A stretch of 64,000 nt of DNA from Acidimicrobiaceae bacterium (GTDB taxonomy: Bacteria > Actinomycetota > Acidimicrobiia > Acidimicrobiales > RAAP-2), in assembly GCA_003163875.1 (NCBI GenBank), contig PLRK01000100.1, positions 10,739 to 74,738 of the forward strand, read 5' to 3'. Both the position numbers and the translations under genes were made by a program. Positions 27,970 through 37,948 of the stretch are shown piece by piece. The first letter of the stretch is position 1, and the number at the start of each line of letters is the position of its first letter. The notes beneath the pieces are model-generated. The model ran no database searches and was not told the DNA's origin. It worked only from the letters and a program-made list of their open reading frames with translations.

Positions 27970-28320
27970 CTAGCTATCCGATACTTCGTTCATTGACCGT
28001 GGAAAAACGGTTGACGCAAAGTGCATGGCGCCACTCGGCACTATCCATGGAATTACTGTGACGTCAAACCAGCCAGCGAGTACACCCGGATCGGTGAGCA
28101 TCAGATTCCACGCGGTTTCGACGTCAGTGTCGAACAACAGCATCCCTCTAAAGTGGCTGTCAAGCAGTGGACCCGCCGCAAGGAGGTGATGCTTCTCGTG
28201 AAGGTCTGCCAAATATGCCATGTGTGAATCTTGAATTGTGTCGTCGACGTCGCTTTTCACTGCGGCGCCCTTCTTCGTCGTTAGAAACACGACGCAGAGC
28301 TGATCAAATTCCGTCGGCAT
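27970..28320 (-). CDS. YciI-family protein
   Basis: H..YL..L....LLAAGP...RGMLLF...DP.V.AG pattern. Confidence 0.78.
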   Translation of the reverse strand: MPTEFDQLCVVFLTTKKGAAVKSDVDDTIQDSHMAYLADLHEKHHLLAAGPLLDSHFRGMLLFDTDVETAWNLMLTDPGVLAGWFDVTVIPWIVPSGAMHFASTVFPRSMNEVSDS

Positions 28321-28458
28321 TATGAGCCACCTCGGTCGTGGTGCACGGTTGAAGGAAATCAGTCACGGTGTACGAATCGTTGACGCCGCTGGAGGTCATC
28401 GTAAGACATTCGCACCTCGGCGGAGTCTTCTTTTCAGCGTTTCCCCAGGCGGGATAAC

Positions 28459-28507
28459 TTGCGTCCCTGAGAGTACTTAGGTAACCTAATTAGGTAACCT
28501 AAGTACT
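28459..28507 (+). promoter_or_regulatory. Sigma-70-type promoter overlapped by a tandem MarR operator
   Basis: -35 TTGCGT 28459-28464, 17-nt spacer, -10 TAACCT 28482-28487; TTAGGTAACCTAA twice (28477-28489, 28490-28502). Confidence 0.72.
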
Positions 28508-28536
28508 TCCTAGGTTCTTCGGTTGAGGGAGTGTCG

Positions 28537-28986
28537 ATGACATGCGGCGACCATTTTGAGACGGGACTCGCCGTCAAGGATCTGGACGTCGTGCTCGCCT
28601 CGGCGATTTCACGACTTCAACGTCGACTCCGGTCAGAAAAAGCAGTCGACCAAATTGGCGAAACGCAACGACTCGTCCTCGCCCGACTCGTTCGAGAGGG
28701 CCCTCACACGCTAGGCGAGTTGAGCGACCGTGAACGTGTGAAACCACCTTCGATGAATCAAACCATCAACTCGCTCGTCGAATTGGGTTACGTGGAGCGC
28801 CAAGACGATCCGACTGATGGACGAAAAGTCATTCTCGTCGCAACGTCGACCGGACGCCTGCTCATCGAAGAGTCACGACGAAGGTTCTATGAGTGGCTGC
28901 AAGCCGCACTTAGCACCTTGAATGAGGATGAACGCGTTCTCCTTGGTGATGCGGCGATACTGATCGGAAGGATTGCGGACTCGTGA
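28537..28986 (+). CDS. MarR-family transcriptional regulator
   Basis: LGELSDRERVKPPSMNQTINSLVELGYVER..DPTDGRK; GAGGGAG SD before ATG 28537. Confidence 0.92.
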   Translation: MTCGDHFETGLAVKDLDVVLASAISRLQRRLRSEKAVDQIGETQRLVLARLVREGPHTLGELSDRERVKPPSMNQTINSLVELGYVERQDDPTDGRKVILVATSTGRLLIEESRRRFYEWLQAALSTLNEDERVLLGDAAILIGRIADS

Positions 28987-30734
28987 GTCCCAGCACGTTG
29001 CTATCCAAAGAGAGTGACATCTCGCCGGGCTACAAGTGGCTGGTTTTGACGAACACGACGATTGGTGTGCTGCTCGCAACGATCGATTCTTCAATCATGT
29101 TGATCGCGATGCCCGATATCTTTCGCGGGATCAAACTCAATCCTCTCGCACCGGGTAACACGTTCTATCTCTTGTGGATGATCCTCGGATTCTTGGTGGT
29201 GAGCAGTGTGCTCGTCGTCAGCCTCGGTCGGCTCGGCGATATCTACGGTCGAGTGAAGATGTATAACCTGGGTTTCGTCATTTACACCGCCGCGTCGCTG
29301 GTGCTGACGCTTGATCCCTTGAAGGGCACCGAAGGTGCTACCTGGTTGATCATTGGGCGGGTGTTCCAAGGTATCGGCGCAGCATTCCTTGTCGCCAACT
29401 CCGCGGCGATACTCACCGACGCGTTTCCTTCGAACCAGCGCGGACTTGCCCTCGGTATCAACAACATTGCGGGGATCAGTGGTTCGTTTATTGGATTGAT
29501 TCTCGGTGGCGTACTTGGAGCAATTGACTGGCGCCTCGTGTTCTTGGTGTCGGTGCCCTTCGGTTTGCTGGGCACGGTGTGGTCCTACGTGAACCTGCGT
29601 GAACTCGGCGAACGCCACAAAGCGAGGATCGACTGGGCCGGTAACCTCACGTTCGCCATTGGGTTGATCCTGATCATGGTCGGTATCACCTACGGCATTG
29701 AGCCCGCCAACGGGCACAGCACCGGCTGGGCGAGCGTGCCAGTACTCAGCGAGTTGATCGTTGGGGCTCTCACCCTTGTGGCCTTCGTCATCATCGAAGC
29801 GCACGTGGACGAACCCATGTTCCGATTGCCGCTCTTTAGAATTCGAGCATTCGCGTCCGGCACGCTCGCCACGTTCCTCGCGGCGATTGGTCGAGGTGGA
29901 TTGATGTTCATGCTCATCATTTGGCTTCAGGGTATTTGGCTGCCGGAGCACGGCTACAGCTTCGAACGAACTCCCTTATGGGCGGGCATATTGATGTTGC
30001 CACTCACGCTCGGATTCTTACTGGCGGGACCATTCTCTGGATATCTCTCGGATCAATTCGGCGCCCGTTATCTCGCGACGGGAGGCATGCTCGTGGCGGC
30101 GACGAGCTTCGTGTTATTGATCTTCTTGCCCGTCAACTTCAACTACGTCGCGTTCGCCCTCATTCTTCTGCTCTTTGGCACATCGATGGGAGCGTTTGCC
30201 GCTCCCAACCGAGCCGCCGTCATGAACAGTCTTCCCGCGCGCGATCGCGGAGCAGGGGGAGGAATGAATGCGACGTTCCAAAGTTCCGCCCAAGTACTTT
30301 CCATCGGCATCTTCTTCTCACTCATGATCATCGGACTTTCCTCGACGTTGTCGTCAACATTGACGGCCGGTCTCATCAGCCACGGTGTGCCCATTGCGGT
30401 CGCTCACAAGATCGGCGCGCTACCTCCGGTGTCGGTGTTGTTCGCTGCGTTCCTCGGTTACAACCCCATCAAGACCTTGGTGGGGACGAAGGTCTTGAGT
30501 CACGTGTCGGCGGCGAATCAAGCGGCGCTCACTGGGCACGGATTCTTCTCGAAGTTGATTTCGACGCCCTTTCATTCGGGTATCAAGACCGCTTTCATTT
30601 TCTCGGCGATAGTTTCGGTGATCGCGGCCGGTGCGTCGTGGTCGAGGGGTTCGCGCTTCGTCAACGATGGCCACGACCAACAACTCGCGGCGATGCTCGA
30701 AGACCCAGAATCTGCGACGGCCCTCCAGGACTAG
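28983..30734 (+). CDS. DHA2-family MFS transporter
   Basis: IDSSIMLIAMPDIF, GRLGDIYGR, 14 TMS; coupled to marR. Confidence 0.9.
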   Translation: MSPSTLLSKESDISPGYKWLVLTNTTIGVLLATIDSSIMLIAMPDIFRGIKLNPLAPGNTFYLLWMILGFLVVSSVLVVSLGRLGDIYGRVKMYNLGFVIYTAASLVLTLDPLKGTEGATWLIIGRVFQGIGAAFLVANSAAILTDAFPSNQRGLALGINNIAGISGSFIGLILGGVLGAIDWRLVFLVSVPFGLLGTVWSYVNLRELGERHKARIDWAGNLTFAIGLILIMVGITYGIEPANGHSTGWASVPVLSELIVGALTLVAFVIIEAHVDEPMFRLPLFRIRAFASGTLATFLAAIGRGGLMFMLIIWLQGIWLPEHGYSFERTPLWAGILMLPLTLGFLLAGPFSGYLSDQFGARYLATGGMLVAATSFVLLIFLPVNFNYVAFALILLLFGTSMGAFAAPNRAAVMNSLPARDRGAGGGMNATFQSSAQVLSIGIFFSLMIIGLSSTLSSTLTAGLISHGVPIAVAHKIGALPPVSVLFAAFLGYNPIKTLVGTKVLSHVSAANQAALTGHGFFSKLISTPFHSGIKTAFIFSAIVSVIAAGASWSRGSRFVNDGHDQQLAAMLEDPESATALQD

Positions 30735-30792
30735 TTCGGACGTTTGAGGTCGGGTACGCAGGCCCTAGCGCAGTCCCGGTAGGTTGCAACCA

Positions 30793-31683
30793 ATGGGCAG
30801 CGCACTCGAAGCACGAGAACTCACGAAGAGATTTTCGGACACGCTGGCTGTGAACAATCTGAACTTGACGGTGGACGCCGGCGAAGTTGTGGGATTTCTG
30901 GGTCCCAATGGTGCAGGTAAATCAACGACGCTTCGTATGTTGCTCGGTTTGTTGCGTCCGAGCTCCGGCGAGGCCCTCATTCTCGGCCACCCGGCGGGAT
31001 CGACCTTTGCCCGTGAGCACACGGCCTACGTGTCGGGCGACGTCGCGTTGTGGCCCCAACTCTCTGGAAGCGAGGCCATTGCGCTGCTGGGCGCGTTGCA
31101 TCGTAGTTCGGATGATTCGTATCGCGACACACTCATTGAACGCTTCGAACTTGATCCAGGAAAGCGAATTCGCGCGTACTCAAAGGGAAATCGTCAAAAG
31201 GTTGCTCTCGTCGCGGCCTTTGCCACTCGGGCCGACGTCTTGCTCCTCGATGAGCCAACGTCGGGATTGGATCCACTGATGGAGCGGGCTTTCCGCGAGT
31301 GCATTCTCGAAGCTCAGCAACGTGGTCAAGCGATTCTTCTGAGTTCGCACATGATTGACGAGGTCGAGCACCTCTGCGCGCGCGTGGCGATGATTAGGGC
31401 GGGTCTACTCGTCTCGATCGCCGACGTCGAGGTGCTGCGCCAACACATTGGCACTGAATACGAGATTACGGGAGACATTGGCGACGTCAAGGGCGTCCAG
31501 GGTGTTACCTCGGTGACGCCTCTTCCCGACGGCGCCCGCGTACAGATCAGCGGATCACCCGATGCTCTCCTGCGGTTTCTGGCGACGTCGCACGTCACAT
31601 CACTGCACTCTCGCCAAGCGTCGCTCGAGGAGATCTTTCTCTCGTTCTACGACGAAGCAACATCTCCTTCGCCCACGACATGA
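30793..31683 (+). CDS. ABC-2 exporter ATP-binding subunit
   Basis: GPNGAGKST, YSKGNRQK signature, LLLDEPTSGLDP, SSH; TAGGTT -10 element 7 nt before ATG 30793. Confidence 0.94.
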   Translation: MGSALEARELTKRFSDTLAVNNLNLTVDAGEVVGFLGPNGAGKSTTLRMLLGLLRPSSGEALILGHPAGSTFAREHTAYVSGDVALWPQLSGSEAIALLGALHRSSDDSYRDTLIERFELDPGKRIRAYSKGNRQKVALVAAFATRADVLLLDEPTSGLDPLMERAFRECILEAQQRGQAILLSSHMIDEVEHLCARVAMIRAGLLVSIADVEVLRQHIGTEYEITGDIGDVKGVQGVTSVTPLPDGARVQISGSPDALLRFLATSHVTSLHSRQASLEEIFLSFYDEATSPSPTT

Positions 31684-33266
31684 GAACTCGACCACGGTCG
31701 GTGCACGCATTGACGTGGCGTCAGCTTCGAGTGAGCACGCTCGTCATCGTCGCACTCGTGGCGATCATTTTACGAATCGGACTGATTTCGTATGGTCTCA
31801 GTGGCGGCGTCGTCGGGATGATCGCGCTGCAGCCCGTCATCGAGAATCCAGCGGTGAGCGCCCTCTACGGACGAGTCACGTCACTGCCAACCGCCGGCGC
31901 CTTCGTCGAGTGGAGGATGGGCATGTTCCTCGCCCTCGCGGTCGCGCTGTGGGCGGGGATGATGGCGACGAGGGTGACCCGGGCGAGCGAGGACGAGGGA
32001 ACGTGGGATTTACTCGTCACGAGCGCTCGGGGTCGACAGCCGGCCCTCGCGGCGACGATTTCGAGTCTTCTTGAGTCTGGGGTGCTCGTTGGTTCGGTGA
32101 CGATCGTGATGTTCACGAGCGGCTCACCACGACTGTCGAGCCCAGTCCTCTACGGTGTCGCCACGATGGGCCTCGCCTGGACGGGCACTGGCGCCGGACT
32201 GCTCGCATCGCAGTTTTTCGCACCGCGGCGTAGTGCGACGCAGGTGGCCCTCAGCGCTATTGCCGTCGCCTTCATCGTTCGCGTGATCGCCGACGGTTCG
32301 ACGCGACTTCAATGGCTTCGTTGGCTCACGCCGTTCGGATGGATGGAGAACGTGCAAGCCTTCCATCACTCGTCACCAGTGTGGCTGCTCCCACTCATTG
32401 TCGTGCCATTGGCGTTGAGCGCAGTGGCGTGGCAGATGCAACGTCAGCGTGACATTGGCATCGCATGGTGGACGCGCAACGATCGTTCTCGGGGACACGA
32501 GATGCTCCTTCGTTCGCCCTGGCGATTTGCGTGGCGTGAACGTTGGGGGATGTTGCTCGTTTGGACGACTGGTTTGAGCGTGCTCGGTCTCGTGGTGGGT
32601 TACTTGACCAACGCGCTCGTGCAACTTTGTCGCACCGATCCAGGTTACGTGAAACTCCTACGACGATGGGGACTGGGATCGATGGTGGACGGAAGGGGGT
32701 TTATCGCTCAGGCGTGCCTCTTGCTCGCGGTCGCGATCTCGTTCATGATGGCGGCGCTGCTCGTATCCATTGGCACTGATTCGTATCAGGGACGCCTTGA
32801 CCTGCCACTTGCCTACGGCACGAGCCGGCTGAAGTGGCTCGCCAGCGCAGTCCTCGCGACGGCAGTGGCAACGTGCGTGATCGCGATGGTGTGCGCGCTC
32901 ACGATGTGGTTAGGTGTTGTCGCGAGCGGCACCTCCATGGGCATCCTCATCCCCATCGAAGGGATGGCGAATGCGCTCACCATGGCACCGTGGCTTATCG
33001 GCGCTAGCGTGCTACTCATTGCCGTGCTGCCGCGCTACGCGTTCCTCGTCGTGGCGATGATGCTGACGGTGTTCTACATTGACGCGATTCTCGGTCCAAT
33101 CCTTCATTGGCCTGGACTCCTTCTCGGCGCGTCGCCGTTTTTCCACCTTCACCTCGTGCCGGTCGTGGCGTCGAATTGGAACGCGACGATCATCTTGTCG
33201 GCAATTGGTCTGGTCGCGGGAACACTTGGCGCGAGTGTCTTCGTCCGTCGCGACGTGGGTCCCTAG
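31680..33266 (+). CDS. ABC-2 exporter permease (TnrB3-like, duplicated membrane domain)
   Basis: Two 6-TM halves with TRASEDEGTWDLL and GRLDLPLA motifs, WLTPFGW; follows the ATPase. Confidence 0.82.
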   Translation: MRTRPRSVHALTWRQLRVSTLVIVALVAIILRIGLISYGLSGGVVGMIALQPVIENPAVSALYGRVTSLPTAGAFVEWRMGMFLALAVALWAGMMATRVTRASEDEGTWDLLVTSARGRQPALAATISSLLESGVLVGSVTIVMFTSGSPRLSSPVLYGVATMGLAWTGTGAGLLASQFFAPRRSATQVALSAIAVAFIVRVIADGSTRLQWLRWLTPFGWMENVQAFHHSSPVWLLPLIVVPLALSAVAWQMQRQRDIGIAWWTRNDRSRGHEMLLRSPWRFAWRERWGMLLVWTTGLSVLGLVVGYLTNALVQLCRTDPGYVKLLRRWGLGSMVDGRGFIAQACLLLAVAISFMMAALLVSIGTDSYQGRLDLPLAYGTSRLKWLASAVLATAVATCVIAMVCALTMWLGVVASGTSMGILIPIEGMANALTMAPWLIGASVLLIAVLPRYAFLVVAMMLTVFYIDAILGPILHWPGLLLGASPFFHLHLVPVVASNWNATIILSAIGLVAGTLGASVFVRRDVGP

Positions 33267-33293
33267 CCACCTCGTCGCGTGGTCGGTGCATCA

Positions 33294-34070
33294 TTATTTC
33301 GGCTGCATGCGGATACCTGCATCGATTCGAATCGATTCGGCGTTCATGTAACTGTTAGAGAGTAATTCGATCGCGAGCGACGCGAACTCCTCGCTGTAGC
33401 CCAGACGTTTCGGAAACAACACCCCCGCTCCTAGGCGGGCTTTGAACTCATCGGACTGAGGACCGGTGCCGTAGATCGGGGTATCGATGAGACCGGGCAG
33501 GATGCAGTTCGCACGCACGCCAATAGGCGCGATGTCGCGAGCGAGTGGAAGCGTGAGGCCAACGATGCCGCCCTTGGACGAGGAATAGGCGACTTGGCCG
33601 ATCTGACCGTCTTCAGCGGCGACTGACGCCGTGTTGACGATTGCGCCACGCATACCGTCGGCGTCGGGCGTGTTGTGGCTCATGGCGGTCGCGGCGAGAC
33701 GACAGACGTTAAAGGTGCCAATGAGGTTGATCTCAATGACCTTCCTATACAGGTCCAGGTCGTGCGCGGACGAGTATTCGCCGTCCTTGCCAATCGTGCG
33801 CGTAGCCCAACCAATACCAGCGCAGTTGACCGCACTCCAGAGTGGGGCCATTGCCTTCGCGGCTTCTAGTGCGGCAATGACTTGCTCGGTGTTCGTCACG
33901 TCGCAGTGCACGTAGGCGCCATCGATCTCCTTGGCGATTGCGGCTCCACGCTCATCGTTGAGATCAGCGAGCACGACCTTCACACCACGTAGTGCGAGCG
34001 CGCGGGCAGTGGCTTCACCGAGGCCCGAGGCGCCACCCGTGACGACGGCTGATGTGTTCTTTAATTCCAC
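33294..34070 (-). CDS. SDR oxidoreductase, 3-hydroxyacyl-CoA dehydrogenase type II-like
   Basis: TGGASGLG, VNCAGIG, GQVAYSSSKGG, LPLARD, RIDAGIRM. Confidence 0.9.
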   Translation of the reverse strand: MELKNTSAVVTGGASGLGEATARALALRGVKVVLADLNDERGAAIAKEIDGAYVHCDVTNTEQVIAALEAAKAMAPLWSAVNCAGIGWATRTIGKDGEYSSAHDLDLYRKVIEINLIGTFNVCRLAATAMSHNTPDADGMRGAIVNTASVAAEDGQIGQVAYSSSKGGIVGLTLPLARDIAPIGVRANCILPGLIDTPIYGTGPQSDEFKARLGAGVLFPKRLGYSEEFASLAIELLSNSYMNAESIRIDAGIRMQPK

Positions 34071-34174
34071 GACTTACTCCTGTTCGTTAGGTTCGCGACG
34101 ATCTGCGCGACGGTATTGAGTCAAGCAGACCGCGACGACCTGCGAAATCAGGGCATCGCGAAGCCAACGATTAC

Positions 34175-34414
34175 TTAGTAATTCGCCTCGATGGGTGAAG
34201 ATTCGAGACCTTCCATTTCGAGGGCGATCACGTGGCGGTAGGCGTCGATGGTTGCCTCATGTTCCTTGATCACGTGGGCTCGCCTTTCGAGTTCCGCCCG
34301 GTACCGAGTTTCGCGGCGGTCCGCGAGCTCGAAGTGCAGTCCGAGGGCGGGCACACATATGCCCACGCACACGACGAGAGGGATAAGGGCGATTGATGAG
34401 ATGGTGGCAAACAT
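34175..34414 (-). CDS. Small hypothetical protein (N-terminal TM + charged helical tail)
   Basis: 79 aa from ATG 34414 with GAAGGAAGG SD; hydrophobic N-terminus. Confidence 0.6.
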   Translation of the reverse strand: MFATISSIALIPLVVCVGICVPALGLHFELADRRETRYRAELERRAHVIKEHEATIDAYRHVIALEMEGLESSPIEANY

Positions 34415-34563
34415 GATGGCCTTCCTTCGTTGTTGGTCCCACTGTGCCAGCCGACGTGAAGGTGAAACCAAGTCGCGATGAAGAACCGTCTAAGAACTAG
34501 TGGGCGAAGCCACGTTGTTTCGACGCGCGCGGCGGCTCCGCCAAAGCCCTCTAGCGTAGGTAG

Positions 34564-35604
34564 ATGCCCTCGCTCTTCGAACTGACCAAGGAGCAGTTTG
34601 TCGAGCACCTCGTTGATGAGCCTCGATTCCGAGTCGACCAGATTTGGCATGGCGTATGGGGCGAACTCGATGACGTGCAATCGATCACCACGATTCCCAA
34701 GATCCTTCGCGCACGCCTCAGCGAGCAATTTCCGTCGAGCTTGCGAGTGGTCGAAGATGTCCAGAGCGACCACGGAACGACGCGCAAATGGGTCTTTGCG
34801 TTGCATGACGGATCGACGATCGAAACGGTCCTGATGGGCTATCGCGACCGGGTCACCGTGTGTGTTTCTTCGCAAGCAGGCTGTGCGATGGGATGTACGT
34901 TCTGCGCAACGGGACAAGCGGGGTTCACTCGTCAGTTGAGCGTGGGCGAAATCCTCGAGCAAGTCATTTTCGCCGCTCGAGCGGCGCGCCCTCGTCGGCT
35001 CACCAACGTCGTCTTCATGGGGATGGGTGAGCCACTTGCCAATTACCCGGTCACGGTCGGTGCCGTGCGGCGCCTCCACGAGTACCTAGGGTTGTCGGCA
35101 CGTCATTTGACCGTCTCCACTGTCGGCGTGGCGCCCGCCATCGAGCGACTCGCTCGTGAGGGGCTTGCGATCACGCTCGCGCTGAGTTTGCACGCAGCGA
35201 ACGACGAGACGCGTAACGAGCTCATTCCGCTCAATCGCCGCTATCCGTTGTCGCGACTTCGCGAGGCTTGCGAAGTGTGGAACAGCACGACGTCACGCCG
35301 CCTGAGCCTCGAGTGGGCATTGATCGATGGAGTGAACGACACGGACAAGGCGGTCGAGGAACTTGCGGACTTTGCCTACCCGTTACACGCGCACGTGAAT
35401 TTGATTCCACTCAATCCGACTCCGGGCTTCTTGGTGCGCGGTTCGTCGTCGCATCGCGTCAACGAATTTCGTGACGCCCTGGTACGAGCAGGGGTCAACG
35501 TCACGGTTCGAAATACGCGAGGTCGTTCCATCGACGCGGCGTGTGGCCAATTGGCGAACGTGACGAATGCCAAGCGACGTTCACTACCGGTTCGTTCGAT
35601 CTAG
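34564..35604 (+). CDS. rlmN: 23S rRNA m2A2503 / tRNA radical-SAM methyltransferase RlmN
   Basis: CVSSQAGCAMGCTFCATG, VFMGMGEP, SLHA, IDAACGQL. Confidence 0.96.
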   Translation: MPSLFELTKEQFVEHLVDEPRFRVDQIWHGVWGELDDVQSITTIPKILRARLSEQFPSSLRVVEDVQSDHGTTRKWVFALHDGSTIETVLMGYRDRVTVCVSSQAGCAMGCTFCATGQAGFTRQLSVGEILEQVIFAARAARPRRLTNVVFMGMGEPLANYPVTVGAVRRLHEYLGLSARHLTVSTVGVAPAIERLAREGLAITLALSLHAANDETRNELIPLNRRYPLSRLREACEVWNSTTSRRLSLEWALIDGVNDTDKAVEELADFAYPLHAHVNLIPLNPTPGFLVRGSSSHRVNEFRDALVRAGVNVTVRNTRGRSIDAACGQLANVTNAKRRSLPVRSI

Positions 35605-36824
35605 CTGACGTCGTGCTTCCAAAAACTCGGTCGTCGCCATAACAAAATAATCACGCCCGCGATGCACGCGAGCCCACCCGACACGATCGAGATCTCAGTC
35701 GACGTGAGTGACGCGACGACTCCGGATTCGGCGTCGCCGAGGCGAGGACCTCCGGTCACGACCGCCATTTGCACCGATGAAATCCGACTTCGAAATTCGT
35801 CGGTGATCGCATTTTGCAACACTGTGTTTCGCAAGATAGTTGAGATCACGTCGGTCGCACCCGCGACGGCGAGACAGAGTAATCCGAACCAGAGCAGGTG
35901 CACGATACCAAGCAACGTCATCGCCGCACCCCATCCGATGACTACGAGCGCGATGAGACGACCCTGACGTCGCACTCGGTCAATCCATCCCGTCAGCACC
36001 GCCATCACGAGCGCGCCCGCGCCCGGAGCCGCCGACAGTAATCCAAAGGTCCTTGGTCCACCGTGATAGACGGTCAGGGCCATCGCGGGAAAGAGCGCCC
36101 GGGGAAGCCCAAAGACCATGGCATTCAAGTCCACCAGGTAGACCGCTTGAGCGAGCGCGTTGCCGCGCACGTACCTGAATCCATCGCCAATCGCTCGCAG
36201 CATGGCCGTCGCGGCGTGTTCGCCTTCGGGTTTCATCGGGGACATGAAGATCGTGAACACCGCCAGCGCCACAAAAGAGATGGCGTCGATGCTGTAACAC
36301 GAGGCGATGCCGACTGCGGCGATCAACTCACCTGCGAGGGCCGCCCCAAGGAACGGTCCTAGGTTCATGATGATCTGATTCAACGAGTAGGCCGCGATCA
36401 ATTGCTCGCCCCCGACCATCTTTGGAATGGCCGCGCTTCGTATCGGTCCCGTGAAACCACCCGCACCCGCCGCAACGGCGGCGAACACGAAGAGAAGAAC
36501 CACGTCACCGTGCAGCACACTCGCGTTCAATGCGAGTGCCCCACTCAACGTTGCTGATACGAGCGATCCGACGATGAGCAGTTTTCGTTTGTCGAAGCGG
36601 TCACCCATGGCTCCGCCCCATAAAGCGCCCGCGATGAGACATGGCAATTGAAACAAGCTCGCGAGTCCGACCCAAAGACTCGAGTGTGTCTTTTGGTACA
36701 CCTCGAAGGGGATTGCGACCAACGTGAGGTTACTGCCGAGTACCGAGACGAGTTGGCCAACGAACAAGAGACGGAAGTTACGATTCTCGCGTAGAGGTCG
36801 TACGTCGACGAGCAGTCTTGGCAC
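35601..36824 (-). CDS. MFS transporter (H+ antiporter-3 / EntS-like)
   Basis: NFRLLFVGQLVS..G, 12 TM, GRISS; GTG 36824 with TACGAT -10 element 6 nt upstream. Confidence 0.85.
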   Translation of the reverse strand: MPRLLVDVRPLRENRNFRLLFVGQLVSVLGSNLTLVAIPFEVYQKTHSSLWVGLASLFQLPCLIAGALWGGAMGDRFDKRKLLIVGSLVSATLSGALALNASVLHGDVVLLFVFAAVAAGAGGFTGPIRSAAIPKMVGGEQLIAAYSLNQIIMNLGPFLGAALAGELIAAVGIASCYSIDAISFVALAVFTIFMSPMKPEGEHAATAMLRAIGDGFRYVRGNALAQAVYLVDLNAMVFGLPRALFPAMALTVYHGGPRTFGLLSAAPGAGALVMAVLTGWIDRVRRQGRLIALVVIGWGAAMTLLGIVHLLWFGLLCLAVAGATDVISTILRNTVLQNAITDEFRSRISSVQMAVVTGGPRLGDAESGVVASLTSTEISIVSGGLACIAGVIILLWRRPSFWKHDVS

Positions 36825-36880
36825 TCGTTTATCGTAGGAGGATAAAGTGACCAAGGGGATTCGTGGTCTAAGGAGAGTCG

Positions 36881-37948
36881 ATGATCGACGAAGAACTAGT
36901 CCAACTGCTCACTCCCGAGGGGCTGCGAGTAGGGCACCCCGAGTACGCAAGCTCTCTTGACGGTGAGGAGATTTTCTCGCTGTATCGCGACATGGTCATT
37001 GTCCGTCGCCTTTGCAATGAATCGACGTCGCTGCAACGTCAGGGCCAGTTGGCGCTGTGGGCACCGATCCAAGGTCAAGAGGCTGCCCAGATCGGTGCTG
37101 GACGCGCTCTGCAGCCAATGGACTTCACCTTTCCGACGTATCGCGAACACGGGATTGCGTGGTGTCGCGGCGTTCCACCCGAGGACGTCCTGCGCATGTT
37201 TCGTGCGGTGAGCAACGGCGGATGGAACCCACAGCACTTTCGCCACTCCGTGCCCACCGTTGTGCTTGGTAATCAGGCGCTTCACGCCGTGGGCTACGCC
37301 ATGGGCGTCCAACGCGACGGGGCGGAGGAGGCCGTGATGACGTTCTTCGGCGACGGTGCATCGAGTCAAGGTGACACGCTCGAGTCCTTCGTGTGGGCGG
37401 CGAGCTTTAACGCACCGGTGGTCTTTTTTTGTCAGAACAACCAGTGGGGAATCTCGACGCCGTCGTCACTGCAATCAAAAGTGCCCTTGTATCGTCGCGC
37501 CGAGGGTTTCGGTTTCCCGGGCGTACGCGTTGACGGCAACGACGTGCTCGCGGTGTATGAAGTCACGAAGAAGGCGCTTGATAACGCCCGCGTTGGCGGA
37601 GGTCCAACGATGATTGAGGCGTACACGTACCGGATGGGTGCGCACACCACTTCCGATGATCCGACGCGTTATCGAATTGACGCTGAAGTCGAGGTGTGGA
37701 AACACCGCGACCCCCTGGAACGGGTGAAGGCACTGCTCGTTCGCGAGTACCAGATTAAGGGCGCCGCCTTCGACCAAGTGAACCACGAGGCCGAAGCGAT
37801 GGCCCTCAAATTGCGAGACGACGTGCTCGCCATGGGTCGACCGGACCCCATCACGATGTTCGATCACGCGTACGCGAGCGAACATGCACTCATAGAAGAA
37901 GGGCGTCGCGAGATGCTCGAACTGGGGATCTCGGGAGGCGCTCACTGA
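36881..37948 (+). CDS. pdhA: 2-oxoacid dehydrogenase E1 alpha subunit (pyruvate or branched-chain)
   Basis: LQRQGQL, FPTYRE, GDGASSQG...NNQW TPP motif, HTTSDDP. Confidence 0.9.
   Translation: MIDEELVQLLTPEGLRVGHPEYASSLDGEEIFSLYRDMVIVRRLCNESTSLQRQGQLALWAPIQGQEAAQIGAGRALQPMDFTFPTYREHGIAWCRGVPPEDVLRMFRAVSNGGWNPQHFRHSVPTVVLGNQALHAVGYAMGVQRDGAEEAVMTFFGDGASSQGDTLESFVWAASFNAPVVFFCQNNQWGISTPSSLQSKVPLYRRAEGFGFPGVRVDGNDVLAVYEVTKKALDNARVGGGPTMIEAYTYRMGAHTTSDDPTRYRIDAEVEVWKHRDPLERVKALLVREYQIKGAAFDQVNHEAEAMALKLRDDVLAMGRPDPITMFDHAYASEHALIEEGRREMLELGISGGAH

Noticed and set aside
27576-27973. ORFs crossing the ACGAG microsatellite (RRDET / SRLVS repeats), considered as a phase-variable gene
   Set aside because: Low-complexity translations, overlap with dnaB, and no SD or domain; only the repeat itself is supported.
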